Shown here: positions 1-9,406 of the stretch, piece by piece
How the letters are laid out: every line of letters begins with the position of its first letter
Numbering within the stretch: the first letter of the stretch is position 1
NCBI GenBank assembly: GCA_046160185.1
Contig: JBJXGY010000208.1
Location: 1,843-65,842 of the forward strand
Direction of reading: 5' to 3'
DNA from: Gaiella sp.
GTDB taxonomy: Bacteria > Actinomycetota > Thermoleophilia > Gaiellales > Gaiellaceae
Length of the DNA: 64,000 nucleotides
The notes under the pieces: generated by a model
The model's input: only the letters and a program-made list of their open reading frames with translations
Told to the model about the DNA's origin: nothing
Database searches by the model: none
Position numbers and translations under genes: made by a program

Positions 1-541
1 ATGTTGCCTGTTCCGGCACCGACTCGTCGGACTGGTCCGGATAGCCACCCGTGTTGGAGAGGAGCTCCCGGCACACCGAGGCCATGTGCAGCATCGACTG
101 CTCGATGTCGCCGATTCCCTCCTCGTCCATCAGGCGCTTGGCCTCCCTGGCCCAGGGCAGGTAGTTCCAGCCGTACGAGAGCACGAGATGCAGGCCCTTG
201 CGCTCGGCCAGCTCGACCAGCTCCCAGGCGTGCTCCGGCTTGACGGTGAAGGGCTTCTCGCAGAGCACGTGCGCGCCGGCCTCGAGGGCTGCCTTCGCGT
301 GCTCGTAATGCAGCCCGTGAGGGCTCCCGACGAGACAGATGTCCATGCCGGCCTCGATCACGTCGCGATAGTCCTCACTGGCCATCTCGAAGCCCCAGCT
401 GTCCCTGATCTTCCCGAGCAGCGGCCCCTTGCGACAGACGCCCACGAACTCCACGTCGGCGCGCCGCGTCGCGAAGTTTGGAAGGTGCGAGGAGACCGCC
501 CAGGAGCCTGCGCCGATCACCCCGAGTCGTAGCTTGCCCAT
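1..541 (-). CDS. Gfo/Idh/MocA family oxidoreductase (N-terminal part; gene continues past window start)
   Basis: My translation of the minus strand from ATG at 541: MGKLRLGVIGAGSWAVSSHLPNF...EKPFTVKPEHAWELVELAERKGL. It has a Rossmann GxGxxG N-terminus and the EKP motif typical of the family. It is not in the ORF track because no stop lies in the window. Confidence 0.8.
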   Translation of the reverse strand, partial: MGKLRLGVIGAGSWAVSSHLPNFATRRADVEFVGVCRKGPLLGKIRDSWGFEMASEDYRDVIEAGMDICLVGSPHGLHYEHAKAALEAGAHVLCEKPFTVKPEHAWELVELAERKGLHLVLSYGWNYLPWAREAKRLMDEEGIGDIEQSMLHMASVCRELLSNTGGYPDQSDESVPEQAT

Positions 542-560
542 CACATCTCCTTGGCTCGGA

Positions 561-1649
561 TTACAGGAACTGCACGTTCTCGTCGAGTACGACGGAGGTC
601 ACGCCGGCTAGCCCGATCTCCGCCCGCACGCGGTGCGGCCCGGCTGCCGCCGCCAGGCTCTCGAGCGTGATCGTGGCGTCCTGACCCCGGCGGATGTAAA
701 AGCCGCTCTCCGCGCCCAGCTCGGCGGCTCGCACCGCAAGCCCGGTCTCTCCGGGGCTCGGGTTCGTGAGGACGGTCGACGACGGCGGCACCGGCGCCCC
801 GTCGATCTCGAGAGCCAACGAGGACAGGTAGCGCGACGAGGTGCCTGGATTGTGCAGGACGAGGGATGCAGGCGACCCCGAGTAGCCCCTGAGGAGCAGC
901 GGCTCGGGCCATCCGAAGTCGACAAAGCGGCGTAGATCGGCGAGCGGATCCATCGGCTTGCCGGCGCGTAACGAGCGGACGCGATCTGCCAGCAACTCCG
1001 CCGCGGCCTCGAGCTGGGAGCGGCCGAACTCTGCTGAGGCCGTGAAGCGCGGGTTGCGGCCGTAGATACCGAGCTGTTGCGCGTCGACATCGTCCGAGAG
1101 ACGGTCGAGGTGGACGAGCCCGGGCTCGAGTTCGAGCATCCACGAGGTCTCTATCCGCGCGGCGTGATCGACGGTGGTCGGCTCACCGCGCTCGGGACCG
1201 GTGAGTCCCGCGGCGTTCAGCTCGAGCCAGCAGAGGGCGTATCCGGCCAGGCCAGGCGTCTCTGCCACCACTTCCGCGCAGACCCGCTTGAGGAGGTGGT
1301 TGAGGTCGAGCGGGCCGTGGCCGGTGAGGAGCACGACCACGCGGAAGCCCCATCGGGCGAGCTGGGCCACCGTCGAGGTTGCCCACGCATGCACGAGTGC
1401 GTGGTCGTAGGACAGCGTGAAGGGTAGATCGAGGCAGCCTGAGGCCACGTAGACAGGTGGCAGCACCACGCCACCCGACCGCTTCGCGGCCCGCAGGCAG
1501 AGCGCGAGCGCCTCGAACGAGTCGACCCCAGTGGGCAGGTGCTCGCCGTGGAACTCGAGCGTTCCGAGCGGCACATAGGCGATCGGCTCGCGCGCGACGA
1601 TCTCGCGGAGCTCCGCCGGATGCAGCCGCTCGTACCGGCGCTCCTTCAC
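561..1649 (-). CDS. creatininase-family amidohydrolase with an extra C-terminal domain of about 110 aa
   Basis: Motif PLGTLEFHGEHLPTGVDS resembles the creatininase-family metal site. GTG start at 1649 overlaps the upstream stop (GTGA), so the longer ORF-track N-terminus was rejected. Confidence 0.7.
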   Translation of the reverse strand: MKERRYERLHPAELREIVAREPIAYVPLGTLEFHGEHLPTGVDSFEALALCLRAAKRSGGVVLPPVYVASGCLDLPFTLSYDHALVHAWATSTVAQLARWGFRVVVLLTGHGPLDLNHLLKRVCAEVVAETPGLAGYALCWLELNAAGLTGPERGEPTTVDHAARIETSWMLELEPGLVHLDRLSDDVDAQQLGIYGRNPRFTASAEFGRSQLEAAAELLADRVRSLRAGKPMDPLADLRRFVDFGWPEPLLLRGYSGSPASLVLHNPGTSSRYLSSLALEIDGAPVPPSSTVLTNPSPGETGLAVRAAELGAESGFYIRRGQDATITLESLAAAAGPHRVRAEIGLAGVTSVVLDENVQFL

Positions 1650-2125
1650 CGCGCTGCCGGCTGGAAGAGCTCGAGCGTGACGCCGTCGTGGATGCGCAGG
1701 TAGGCCGCGCGGGCGCCACGATTGGGCCCGCCGTCGACCTCGATCGGTCCCTCGGGCACGATCGGCGTCGCCCCGCAAGCGACCGCCCGCTCCCAGGCCG
1801 CACCGGCGTCCACGACCTGGAGGCAGACGTGGACGTTGCCCGGATTGGCCGTCGCCGGAGGAACCTGTTGCCGGTCGGCAACGGCATAGTCGAGAAGCTC
1901 GAGCGTCCCGCCGCCCGGCAGGTCGAGGAAGGCCGCCTCGATGCTCACCCCCGGGTAGCCGACATGGCGACCGAGGTAGGGCCGGTCGAGCACGGTACGC
2001 CAGCGGGCGTCCACCCCGAGGAACGGCTCCCAGAAGGCGAGTGCCTCGTCGAGGCTGGCCACGCTCATCCCGACGTGGTGGACACGGTCGGCCGTCAGTG
2101 GCGGCAGCGCATCGCGCGGGCTCAT
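1646..2125 (-). CDS. VOC (glyoxalase/bleomycin-resistance/dioxygenase) family protein
   Basis: The 159-aa product from ATG 2125 (MSPRDALPPLTADRVHHVGMSVASLDEALAFW...) fits the VOC fold pattern. The long upstream extension of the ORF is antisense-type low complexity. Confidence 0.7.
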   Translation of the reverse strand: MSPRDALPPLTADRVHHVGMSVASLDEALAFWEPFLGVDARWRTVLDRPYLGRHVGYPGVSIEAAFLDLPGGGTLELLDYAVADRQQVPPATANPGNVHVCLQVVDAGAAWERAVACGATPIVPEGPIEVDGGPNRGARAAYLRIHDGVTLELFQPAAR

Positions 2126-2187
2126 CGACACCGATCGTAACCCGTACGGATCGTCGGTGGAATGCATACCGGACTCGATTGCGTGCC

Positions 2188-2217
2188 TTGACTCCCTTCG
2201 TCCAGCCACGGTAGGAT
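2188..2217 (+). promoter_or_regulatory. sigma70-like promoter of the ABC-transporter operon (TTGACT-N18-TAGGAT)
   Basis: The two hexamers were read directly at 2188-2193 and 2212-2217, 75 nt upstream of the SBP start in a divergent intergenic region. Confidence 0.5.
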
Positions 2218-2235
2218 CGCTTCCGGAATCGAATC
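2212..2235 (+). promoter_or_regulatory. promoter/operator box TAGGATCGCTTCCGGAATCGAATC (copy 1)
   Basis: 20 of 24 nt are identical to 17308-17331. It contains the imperfect palindrome CGCTTCC|GGAATCG. Confidence 0.5.
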
Positions 2236-2291
2236 CGGACCGTCCGTTCGGGCAGGCCGGGTTCTCAGCGACACTTGGAGGTGGTAACCGG

Positions 2292-3290
2292 ATGCGATCG
2301 TCCCGACGCACGCGGCTCGCCGCAGCGTTCCTCGCCGTCATCGTCGCCGTCGCCCTGGCGGCGGGGGCAACGAGCGCCGGCAACACAGCGGCCGTCGCCA
2401 AAGACCAGGCGGCCATCAAGATCGGATACATCAGCCTCGGGGAGCAGATCCCGTTCGTGGCGCTGGTGACCAAGGGCCTGCAGAAGGCCGCGAAGGCCAA
2501 CGGCGTGAAGCTGCTGGTCTGCGACTCCCAGATCGACGCACAGAAGGCGATCACCTGCGCGGCCCAGTTCAAGACACAGGGCGTGCAGGGCATCGCCAAC
2601 TTCCAGCTCGACGCCACGGCTGCTCCTCGGGTGTGCGCGGCCGGGCCAAAGGTGCCGGTCGTCTCCATCGACATCCACCAGAAGCCGTGCGAAACAGTCT
2701 TCTACGGCGCCGACAACTTCAACGCCGGCAAGCTTGCGGGCTCCGCGCTCGGCAAGTTCGCCAAGGCGAAGTGGGGCTGCAAGATCGACGCCCTGCTCTC
2801 GATCAACGCACCGACCGCAGGCAGGGTCGTGGTGCTGCGCGAGAACGGCGCGATCGCAGGCGTCAAGGCCGCATGCCCTGGCGTGCAGGTGATCAAGGTC
2901 GTCAGCAAGGCGACGACCGACTCCACGATCCAGCCGTTCACGGACACGCTGGCCCGTCTTCCCGGCAAATCCCGCCTGCTGGTGACCGCCACCAACGACG
3001 ACCAGACGATCGGCGCGATCAAGGCCGCGCAGGCCGTGGGCCGGCTCGGTGACATCTACACAGGCAGCCAGGGCGCCGACCCGACGTCGTGGCCGTATCT
3101 CTGCGGCAAGACACCGTTCAAGAACTGGATCGCCGACGTCGCGTACTTCCCGGAGCGCTACGGGGACACGGTGATCCCGCTCCTGCTGTCCCTGATCGAC
3201 GGTCAGAAGAAGCCGAAAGAGGTGTTCGTCAACCACCGCGTGGTCACACCCGCCAACCTGAAGACGGTCTACCCGAAGGCCTGCAAGTAG
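2292..3290 (+). CDS. sugar ABC transporter substrate-binding protein (PBP1/RbsB-like)
   Basis: Signal-peptide-like N-terminus MRSSRRTRLAAAFLAVIVAVALAAG, GGAGG RBS at 2277-2281, and periplasmic-binding-protein-like sequence. It is followed by the ATPase and permease genes. Confidence 0.85.
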   Translation: MRSSRRTRLAAAFLAVIVAVALAAGATSAGNTAAVAKDQAAIKIGYISLGEQIPFVALVTKGLQKAAKANGVKLLVCDSQIDAQKAITCAAQFKTQGVQGIANFQLDATAAPRVCAAGPKVPVVSIDIHQKPCETVFYGADNFNAGKLAGSALGKFAKAKWGCKIDALLSINAPTAGRVVVLRENGAIAGVKAACPGVQVIKVVSKATTDSTIQPFTDTLARLPGKSRLLVTATNDDQTIGAIKAAQAVGRLGDIYTGSQGADPTSWPYLCGKTPFKNWIADVAYFPERYGDTVIPLLLSLIDGQKKPKEVFVNHRVVTPANLKTVYPKACK

Positions 3291-3312
3291 CGCACGGACA
3301 ACCCAGACGCCC

Positions 3313-4806
3313 GTGACCACCCTCCTCAGCGCACGAGGCGTCCGGAAGTCCTTCGGTGGTGTCGAGGTCCTGCACGGTGTGGACCTCGACGCCGCCGAAG
3401 GATCGATCCTCGCGCTCCTCGGCGAGAACGGGGCCGGAAAGTCGACGCTCGTGAAGATCCTCTCCGGCGACTACCAGCCGGACGACGCGGAGATCGAGAT
3501 CGGCGGCCGGAGCTACGACCACCTCACGCCGATCACCGCCCGCAGCGCCGGGGTGCGGATGATCTACCAGGAGTTCCAGGACGCCCCTCCGCTGACGGTG
3601 GCCGAGAACATCTCGCTCGGCCGTCTGCCCGCGCGGCGCGGCATCGTCGACTGGCGTGCAGTGCGTCAGCGCGCCCAGGACACCCTCGCGCAGATGGGTG
3701 TCCCGCTCGACCCGAAAGCCCAGGTCGGCACCCTCGGCGTCGGCGAGCGCCAGGTGGTGGAGATCGCCCGGGCGCTCTCGGACGACGCACGCGTGCTGAT
3801 CCTCGACGAGCCGAGCGCTGCGCTCTCGCAACAGGAGGTGGACCGGCTTTTCGAGTTCCTGCGCCGGCTGCGCGACCAGGGCGCCGCGATCGTCTACATC
3901 ACCCACCGGCTCGACGAGGTGCACGCCATCTCCGATCGTGTCCAGGTGCTGCGCGACGGTTCGGTCGCCGCCGTCGGCAAGACCGCCGACTTCGACCGCA
4001 AGGCCCTCGTGGAGGCGATGATCGGCCGCTCGGGGGCGGTTGTCGCGCGGCCCGAGCCACGGACCTGGAAGCTCGGGGCGCACCCCGTGCTCGAGTTCGA
4101 AGAGGCCAGCTCGGACCCGGTGTTCGAGAGCGTATCCCTCGACGTTTTGCCCGGCGAGATCGTCGCCCTCTACGGCAAGCTCGGCTCCGGCTCGATGGAG
4201 GTGGCGGAGGCTGCGTTCGGGCTGCGACGCCTGGTGGCGGGCGAGCTCCGCGTGGCCGGCAAGCCTTTTCCGGCACGTGGGCCTGCACGTGCGATCGGCC
4301 GCGGCGTGGGCTTCGTGCCGGCCGACCGCAAACGCGAGGCGATCTTCGCCGTGCGCCCGGTGGCGGAGAACGTTGCCGCCCCCTCCTGGAGACGGTTGGC
4401 CCGCTGGGGCACCTTCCTGACGACGCGGCCGGAAGCGCGCGCCTACCGCCGCTGGCACGACGAGCTGTCGATCCGCTCACGCAACGATCCGGCCCAGCCG
4501 ATCAGCACGCTGTCGGGCGGCAACCAGCAAAAGGCTGTGCTCGCACGCTGGCTCGAGCGAGGCACGCCGCTGCTCGTCCTGGTCGAGCCGACACGGGGCG
4601 TGGACGTCGGCGCGCGCGCCGAGCTCTACCGGTCGATGCGGGAGCTCGCCGCGAGCGGGATGGGCATGCTCGTCTGCACGTCGGACTACGAGGAAGTCGT
4701 GCAGGTCGCAGACCGAGCCGCAGTCATGGCGCGCGGCCGGCTGGTCGCGAGGCTCGACGGCGACGAGATCACCACGGAGCGACTCCTTACCGAAGCAGGA
4801 GGCTGA
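3313..4806 (+). CDS. sugar ABC transporter ATP-binding protein (tandem ABC domains, RbsA/MglA-like)
   Basis: Walker A GENGAGKST, signature LSGGNQQK and Walker B ILDEPS, with a duplicated-domain architecture of 497 aa. Confidence 0.9.
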   Translation: MTTLLSARGVRKSFGGVEVLHGVDLDAAEGSILALLGENGAGKSTLVKILSGDYQPDDAEIEIGGRSYDHLTPITARSAGVRMIYQEFQDAPPLTVAENISLGRLPARRGIVDWRAVRQRAQDTLAQMGVPLDPKAQVGTLGVGERQVVEIARALSDDARVLILDEPSAALSQQEVDRLFEFLRRLRDQGAAIVYITHRLDEVHAISDRVQVLRDGSVAAVGKTADFDRKALVEAMIGRSGAVVARPEPRTWKLGAHPVLEFEEASSDPVFESVSLDVLPGEIVALYGKLGSGSMEVAEAAFGLRRLVAGELRVAGKPFPARGPARAIGRGVGFVPADRKREAIFAVRPVAENVAAPSWRRLARWGTFLTTRPEARAYRRWHDELSIRSRNDPAQPISTLSGGNQQKAVLARWLERGTPLLVLVEPTRGVDVGARAELYRSMRELAASGMGMLVCTSDYEEVVQVADRAAVMARGRLVARLDGDEITTERLLTEAGG

Positions 4807-4813
4807 CGAGCAC

Positions 4814-5830
4814 ATGACGCACACGGAGAGCATGGAAACGGACACCCCAGGTCGCGGCGGCGCACCGCCGCCCGCGCGCGGGAAGCGAATCCGCCGCATC
4901 CTCGTCGACCTGCCCGAGTGGGGTGTGCTCGCCGTGGTGCTCGCCGTTCTGGTCGGCGTCTTCTGGGCCACGTCACCGTTCTTCATGCGCTGGGACAACC
5001 TCCGCAACGTGCTGATCGCGGTGGCCACGGTCGGCATCCTCGCGTGTGCGACGACGATGCTGCTGGTCGCAGGGCAGTTCGACCTCTCCGTGGGGGCCGG
5101 GGCAGCGCTCGTGGCGACCATGTTCGCGTGGACGTACAGCTCGGGCACGGGGCTGGCCCTCGCCGTACTCGTCGGGGTCGGAACCGGCCTCGGCATCGGG
5201 CTCGTCAACGGCGTGCTCGTCACCGTCGCCGGCATCAACGCCCTGATCACGACGATCGCCACGCTCGCGATCATGCGCAACTTCGCCTACATCATCGGCG
5301 ACGGACAGGCGATCCAGATCAACGGCTTCACCACGCTCGGTCTCAGCCGCCCCCTCTTCGAGATTCCGTGGATGGTGTGGATCTTCGCCGCCATTGCGAT
5401 CCTCACCTGGCTGGCCATGCGCTACACGGTGTACGGCCGCTCCCTCTACGCGATCGGGTCGAACCCGTTCGCGGCCCGCCTCGCCGGTATTCGCGTCCCG
5501 CGCGTCCTGTTCATCGGCTTCATCATCTCCGGCGCTGCGATGGCACTCTCCGGGCTGATCATCGCCTCGCAAACGGGGCAGGGAACCGGAAACGCCGCCA
5601 TCGGCCTCGAGCTGTCCGCGATCACCGCGGTCGTCCTCGGTGGCGCAAGCCTGGCCGGGGGTCGCGGTTCGGTCGTGGGGACGATCCTGGGGGTGCTGAT
5701 CATCGGCGTCATCAACAACGGCCTGACCCTGCTCAACATCATCTCGTACTGGCAAGAGGTGATCCGCGGGCTGCTGCTGGTCGCCGCGGTCGGCTTCGAT
5801 CAGCTGCGGCTGAGGCTCGGTGACAGGTAG
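4814..5830 (+). CDS. sugar ABC transporter permease (RbsC-like)
   Basis: Multi-TM protein with the typical branched-chain/ribose permease C-terminal region (GGASLAGGRGSVVGTILGVLIIGVINNGL). Confidence 0.88.
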   Translation: MTHTESMETDTPGRGGAPPPARGKRIRRILVDLPEWGVLAVVLAVLVGVFWATSPFFMRWDNLRNVLIAVATVGILACATTMLLVAGQFDLSVGAGAALVATMFAWTYSSGTGLALAVLVGVGTGLGIGLVNGVLVTVAGINALITTIATLAIMRNFAYIIGDGQAIQINGFTTLGLSRPLFEIPWMVWIFAAIAILTWLAMRYTVYGRSLYAIGSNPFAARLAGIRVPRVLFIGFIISGAAMALSGLIIASQTGQGTGNAAIGLELSAITAVVLGGASLAGGRGSVVGTILGVLIIGVINNGLTLLNIISYWQEVIRGLLLVAAVGFDQLRLRLGDR

Positions 5831-6596
5831 CGGAGAGCGGGTGGGCGACCCCCTCGACTTCTCGGGTCGCCGCGCCCTCGTCACCGGCGCGGGCGGCGGC
5901 ATCGGTGGCGCAGTCGTCGAACTGCTGCTGGAGCGCGGCGCGGCGGTGCTCGGCACGGATCTCTCGCCGGCGGGTCTGGAGGCGGCTCGCGCGCGCGGCG
6001 CGGAGGTCGTCAGCGCAGACCTCGGCGACGCCGCCGGGCGCGAGACGGTCGCCGCAGCGGCCGGCAGCATCGACCACGTCGTCGTCGCCCACGGGATCGT
6101 GCGGCCGAAGCCCATCGCCGAGACCGGTGAGGACGACTGGGACGCGATCGTCGGGATCAACGCCAAGGCGACCTACTTTCTCCTGCAACGCCTCGCCCCC
6201 GCGATCGCCGACGGCGGCTCGGTCGTCACGCTGTCCTCGGTCTCCGCACGCAGCGCCGCCTCGCAGGAGCAGTCGGTGTACTGCGCCTCCAAGGCGGCCG
6301 TGAGCTCGATCACCCGTAGCTTCGCGTACCTGCTTGCGCCGCGCGGCGTCCGTGTCAACGCCGTGCTGCCGGGCATCATCGACACGGCGATGCAGGAGAG
6401 CTTCCTGGCGGCGGCAGCGACGGCGCGCGGGTCGACGCCCGCGGAGCTGCACGCCACCCGTCTCGGACAGGTGCCGCTCGGGCGCACGTCCTCGCCGCGG
6501 GAATGTGCCGAGACCGTCGTGTGGTTGCTCTCACCGGCCGCGGGGTACCTCACGGGGCAGCAGATCGCCCCGGACGGTGGCCTCACGATGACCTGA
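5820..6596 (+). CDS. SDR family oxidoreductase
   Basis: TGAGGGIG cofactor motif and YCASKAA catalytic motif. It overlaps the permease 3' end. Confidence 0.85.
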   Translation: MTGSGERVGDPLDFSGRRALVTGAGGGIGGAVVELLLERGAAVLGTDLSPAGLEAARARGAEVVSADLGDAAGRETVAAAAGSIDHVVVAHGIVRPKPIAETGEDDWDAIVGINAKATYFLLQRLAPAIADGGSVVTLSSVSARSAASQEQSVYCASKAAVSSITRSFAYLLAPRGVRVNAVLPGIIDTAMQESFLAAAATARGSTPAELHATRLGQVPLGRTSSPRECAETVVWLLSPAAGYLTGQQIAPDGGLTMT

Positions 6597-6605
6597 GGCG
6601 CCGTT

Positions 6606-8084
6606 TTGCGACCCCGTGTCCTCGTCGGCGGCTTCTCCATGGAGGCGAACACGTTCGCCGCCGGTGAGACGTCGCTGGCCGATCTGCAGGCGCAGGTCTT
6701 CGGTGTCGGGCCACAGGTCCACCGCGAATTCATGGGACCGGACAGCGAGCTGGGAGGGGCCTGGAGTGCGCTGGAGGACGCCGGGTTCGAGCCGGTGCCG
6801 TCGCTGGCCGCCTGGTGCGGGCCGGGCAGCCCGCTTGCCGCCGGCGTCGTCGCCGAGCTCGTGCGGCTGGTGCTCGCGCCCGTGGACGATTCGATCGTCG
6901 GCGCCTACCTGATGCTGCACGGCTCGTGCGTGGCGCGCGACGAGCACGACCCCGAGGGTGTGCTCCTGGGCGCGCTGCGAGACCGGCTCGGACCCGGATG
7001 CCCCATCGTCGCAAGCCTCGACTGCCATGCCAACCTGACCGAGCGCATGACCGCCGCGGCGGACGCCTTCAGCGCGTACCGGACGTGCCCCCACGTGGAC
7101 ACCCGCCGCACCGGCGAGCAGGCCGGGCGGCTGCTCGCCGCCACCCTCTACGGACGGGTGCGCCCCGTGACCGCCGTCGCCTCCCGGCCCATGATCACGC
7201 CGCCTCAGCTCCACGACTCCAGCCGTGACCCGTTCCGCGCCCTGATGGCGCTCAACGACGCCGTCGAGGCCGAGGGGGCGCTGGCTTCGTGCCTGCTTCC
7301 CGTGCAGCCGTGGATCGACGTGCCCGGGCTGTCGTGGAAGGCCGTCGTCACGGCGGACGGAGACCGGGCGGCGGCGGAGCGGTGGGCCGAGCGGTTGATG
7401 GACGAAGCCTGGCGGCAGCGCCGTGCCTTTCTCGAGGGGCACCGGCCACCCGTCGGTGAGGCATTGCGGGAGGCGCTCGAGGGCCCACCACCGATCATGC
7501 TCGGCGACGCGGGCGACGCCACGAACGGCGGCGCCGTCGGCGACTCGACTGAGCTCCTGCGCGCGGCGCTGGCGGGCGGTGGCGCGCCCGTCCTGCTCTC
7601 CGTCCGGTCTGCCTCCGCCGCTGCCGCGGCCTGGGCGGCCGGCGAGGGAGCGAACGTGGACGTGGTGCTCGGCGACGGGCCGGCCGGAGCCTACAACGAG
7701 AAGGTCGTGGTACCCGCCACCGTTGGCGGGCTCTTCGACGGCGACGTCGTGTACACCCACCCGGTCAACGCCGGGTACCGGGCAGCAACCGGCCCCACCG
7801 CCGTCCTGCAAGGGCCCGGCGGCCTGCAGATCGTGGTGCACTCCCGGAGCGTCGGGGTGATCGACCCGGCGCTCTACCTGGCGGCCGGTGCCGATCTCGG
7901 CAGGGCAGCCGTGATCCAGGCGAAGTCGCACGTGACCTTCAAGTCGGGTTTCGCCCACCTCACCGACCGCAGCGTCGTGGCGGACACCGGCGGACCGACG
8001 ACCGGCGATCTCGGACGGCTCGACTTCCGGCTGCGCCCGGTCCCGCTGTTCCCGTTCGAGGACGACGTGACGGCGACCGAGTGA
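6606..8084 (+). CDS. M81 family metallopeptidase (MlrC/microcystinase C-like)
   Basis: The N-terminus RVLVGGFSMEANTF and the HGSCVARDEHDPEG motif resemble MlrC-family proteins. Length is 492 aa. Confidence 0.65.
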   Translation: MRPRVLVGGFSMEANTFAAGETSLADLQAQVFGVGPQVHREFMGPDSELGGAWSALEDAGFEPVPSLAAWCGPGSPLAAGVVAELVRLVLAPVDDSIVGAYLMLHGSCVARDEHDPEGVLLGALRDRLGPGCPIVASLDCHANLTERMTAAADAFSAYRTCPHVDTRRTGEQAGRLLAATLYGRVRPVTAVASRPMITPPQLHDSSRDPFRALMALNDAVEAEGALASCLLPVQPWIDVPGLSWKAVVTADGDRAAAERWAERLMDEAWRQRRAFLEGHRPPVGEALREALEGPPPIMLGDAGDATNGGAVGDSTELLRAALAGGGAPVLLSVRSASAAAAAWAAGEGANVDVVLGDGPAGAYNEKVVVPATVGGLFDGDVVYTHPVNAGYRAATGPTAVLQGPGGLQIVVHSRSVGVIDPALYLAAGADLGRAAVIQAKSHVTFKSGFAHLTDRSVVADTGGPTTGDLGRLDFRLRPVPLFPFEDDVTATE

Positions 8085-9388
8085 GCGGTCTCGATGCTCG
8101 ACCCCGTGCACCTGTCTCGTTGCAGGACCTGCGGGACGTGGATCCGTATCCGGCGTACGAGGAGATGCGCCTGGTCGGGCCGGTGGTATGGGACGAGGGA
8201 ATGGCCGCGTGGCTCGTCCTCTCGCACGACGGCTGCACCTTCGTGGAACGGCGCGAGGATCTGTTCGAAGAGCCGACGGGCGCGCTTCTCGGGGCCGCGG
8301 CAATCGTCGGTCGAAGGGACATCCGCTCACTCGTCGGTACCCCTCACCGGGCTCTGCACAGCGGTATCTCACGCGCCTGGCGGCCCGACCCGATCACCCC
8401 GCTCGCCCTCTCCGCCGTCAGGCCGCTCGTGGCGGAACGGCTCGGCGGCCTCGCCGGGCAGGGTGGATTCGAGCTGTACGACGACTTCGCGCGACTGCTG
8501 CCCATCGCTGTCATCGCACGCGTTCTCGGTCTGCCCGACCACGATCTCGAGACGCTCGACCGCGCCAAGGCGTGGATGGAGGCGGTCCTGGCCTGGCGCC
8601 ATTCCTACGGCGAAGATGCGGAGGCCCGGGCAGCCGCAGTCGAGGCCACCAGGGAGCTGGAACCGCTCGTGCTCGACACGGTGCGCGCCAGGCGGGAACG
8701 ACCCGAGCGTGACACGATCAGCCTGCTCTGGGAGGTCGGGCCCCAGATCGCCCCGGACTGGGGCGAACAGGATGTGGTGGACAACGTCAAGTTCCTCTTC
8801 GAGGGTGGGTCGGAGACGACGGCGTTCCTGATCTGCAACGCCACGCACCACCTCCTCGACCTGCCCGACGAGGATCGCGCGAGAACCCTCGGCGACCCTG
8901 CCCGGTTCGCGCGCTTCCTCGAGGAGGTGCTGCGGCACTCAACCGTGGTGCACCTGCGCGCCCGACGGGCGACCCGCGACGTCGATCTCGCGGGGGTGCG
9001 CATCGCGGCCGGAGAGCGGGTCATCGCCGTCAACGCCGCAGCCAACCACGATCCCGACCGGTGGGAGCGACCCGCCGAGCTCGACCCCGACCGGCCGCGA
9101 CTGTGGGGTCATCTCGCGTTCAACGTCGGGCCGCGCCACTGCTCCGGCGCGCACCTGGCCAGGATGGAGGCGACCGAGGCGCTCTTCGGGCTGTGGCGAG
9201 CCTTCCCCGGCCTCGCTCGCCTCGACGACGCCTCCGAGACGGTGCCGCTGGGCTTCGTCTCCCGGGCGTGGCGGCCGATCACCCTGGCCCACGCGCCGGT
9301 CGCGGCCGCCGAGGCGGCTCGTCGGGTCCTGGACGGGCCGGCGTGGGCGGGCTCGGTGCCGTCGGCACCCGAGGGCGACGACGGTTGA
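8081..9388 (+). CDS. cytochrome P450
   Basis: Heme-binding loop FNVGPRHCSG and I-helix EGGSETT. GTGA overlap with the preceding gene. Confidence 0.9.
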   Translation: MSGLDARPRAPVSLQDLRDVDPYPAYEEMRLVGPVVWDEGMAAWLVLSHDGCTFVERREDLFEEPTGALLGAAAIVGRRDIRSLVGTPHRALHSGISRAWRPDPITPLALSAVRPLVAERLGGLAGQGGFELYDDFARLLPIAVIARVLGLPDHDLETLDRAKAWMEAVLAWRHSYGEDAEARAAAVEATRELEPLVLDTVRARRERPERDTISLLWEVGPQIAPDWGEQDVVDNVKFLFEGGSETTAFLICNATHHLLDLPDEDRARTLGDPARFARFLEEVLRHSTVVHLRARRATRDVDLAGVRIAAGERVIAVNAAANHDPDRWERPAELDPDRPRLWGHLAFNVGPRHCSGAHLARMEATEALFGLWRAFPGLARLDDASETVPLGFVSRAWRPITLAHAPVAAAEAARRVLDGPAWAGSVPSAPEGDDG

Positions 9389-9406
9389 CCGCAGATGGTT
9401 CCGGGG

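Noticed and set aside
6531-8372. 613-aa ORF on the minus strand
   Set aside because: It is antisense to the MlrC-like and P450 genes. Its Arg/Gly/Pro-rich composition is typical of spurious open frames in high-GC DNA, and the opposite-strand genes have clear family motifs.
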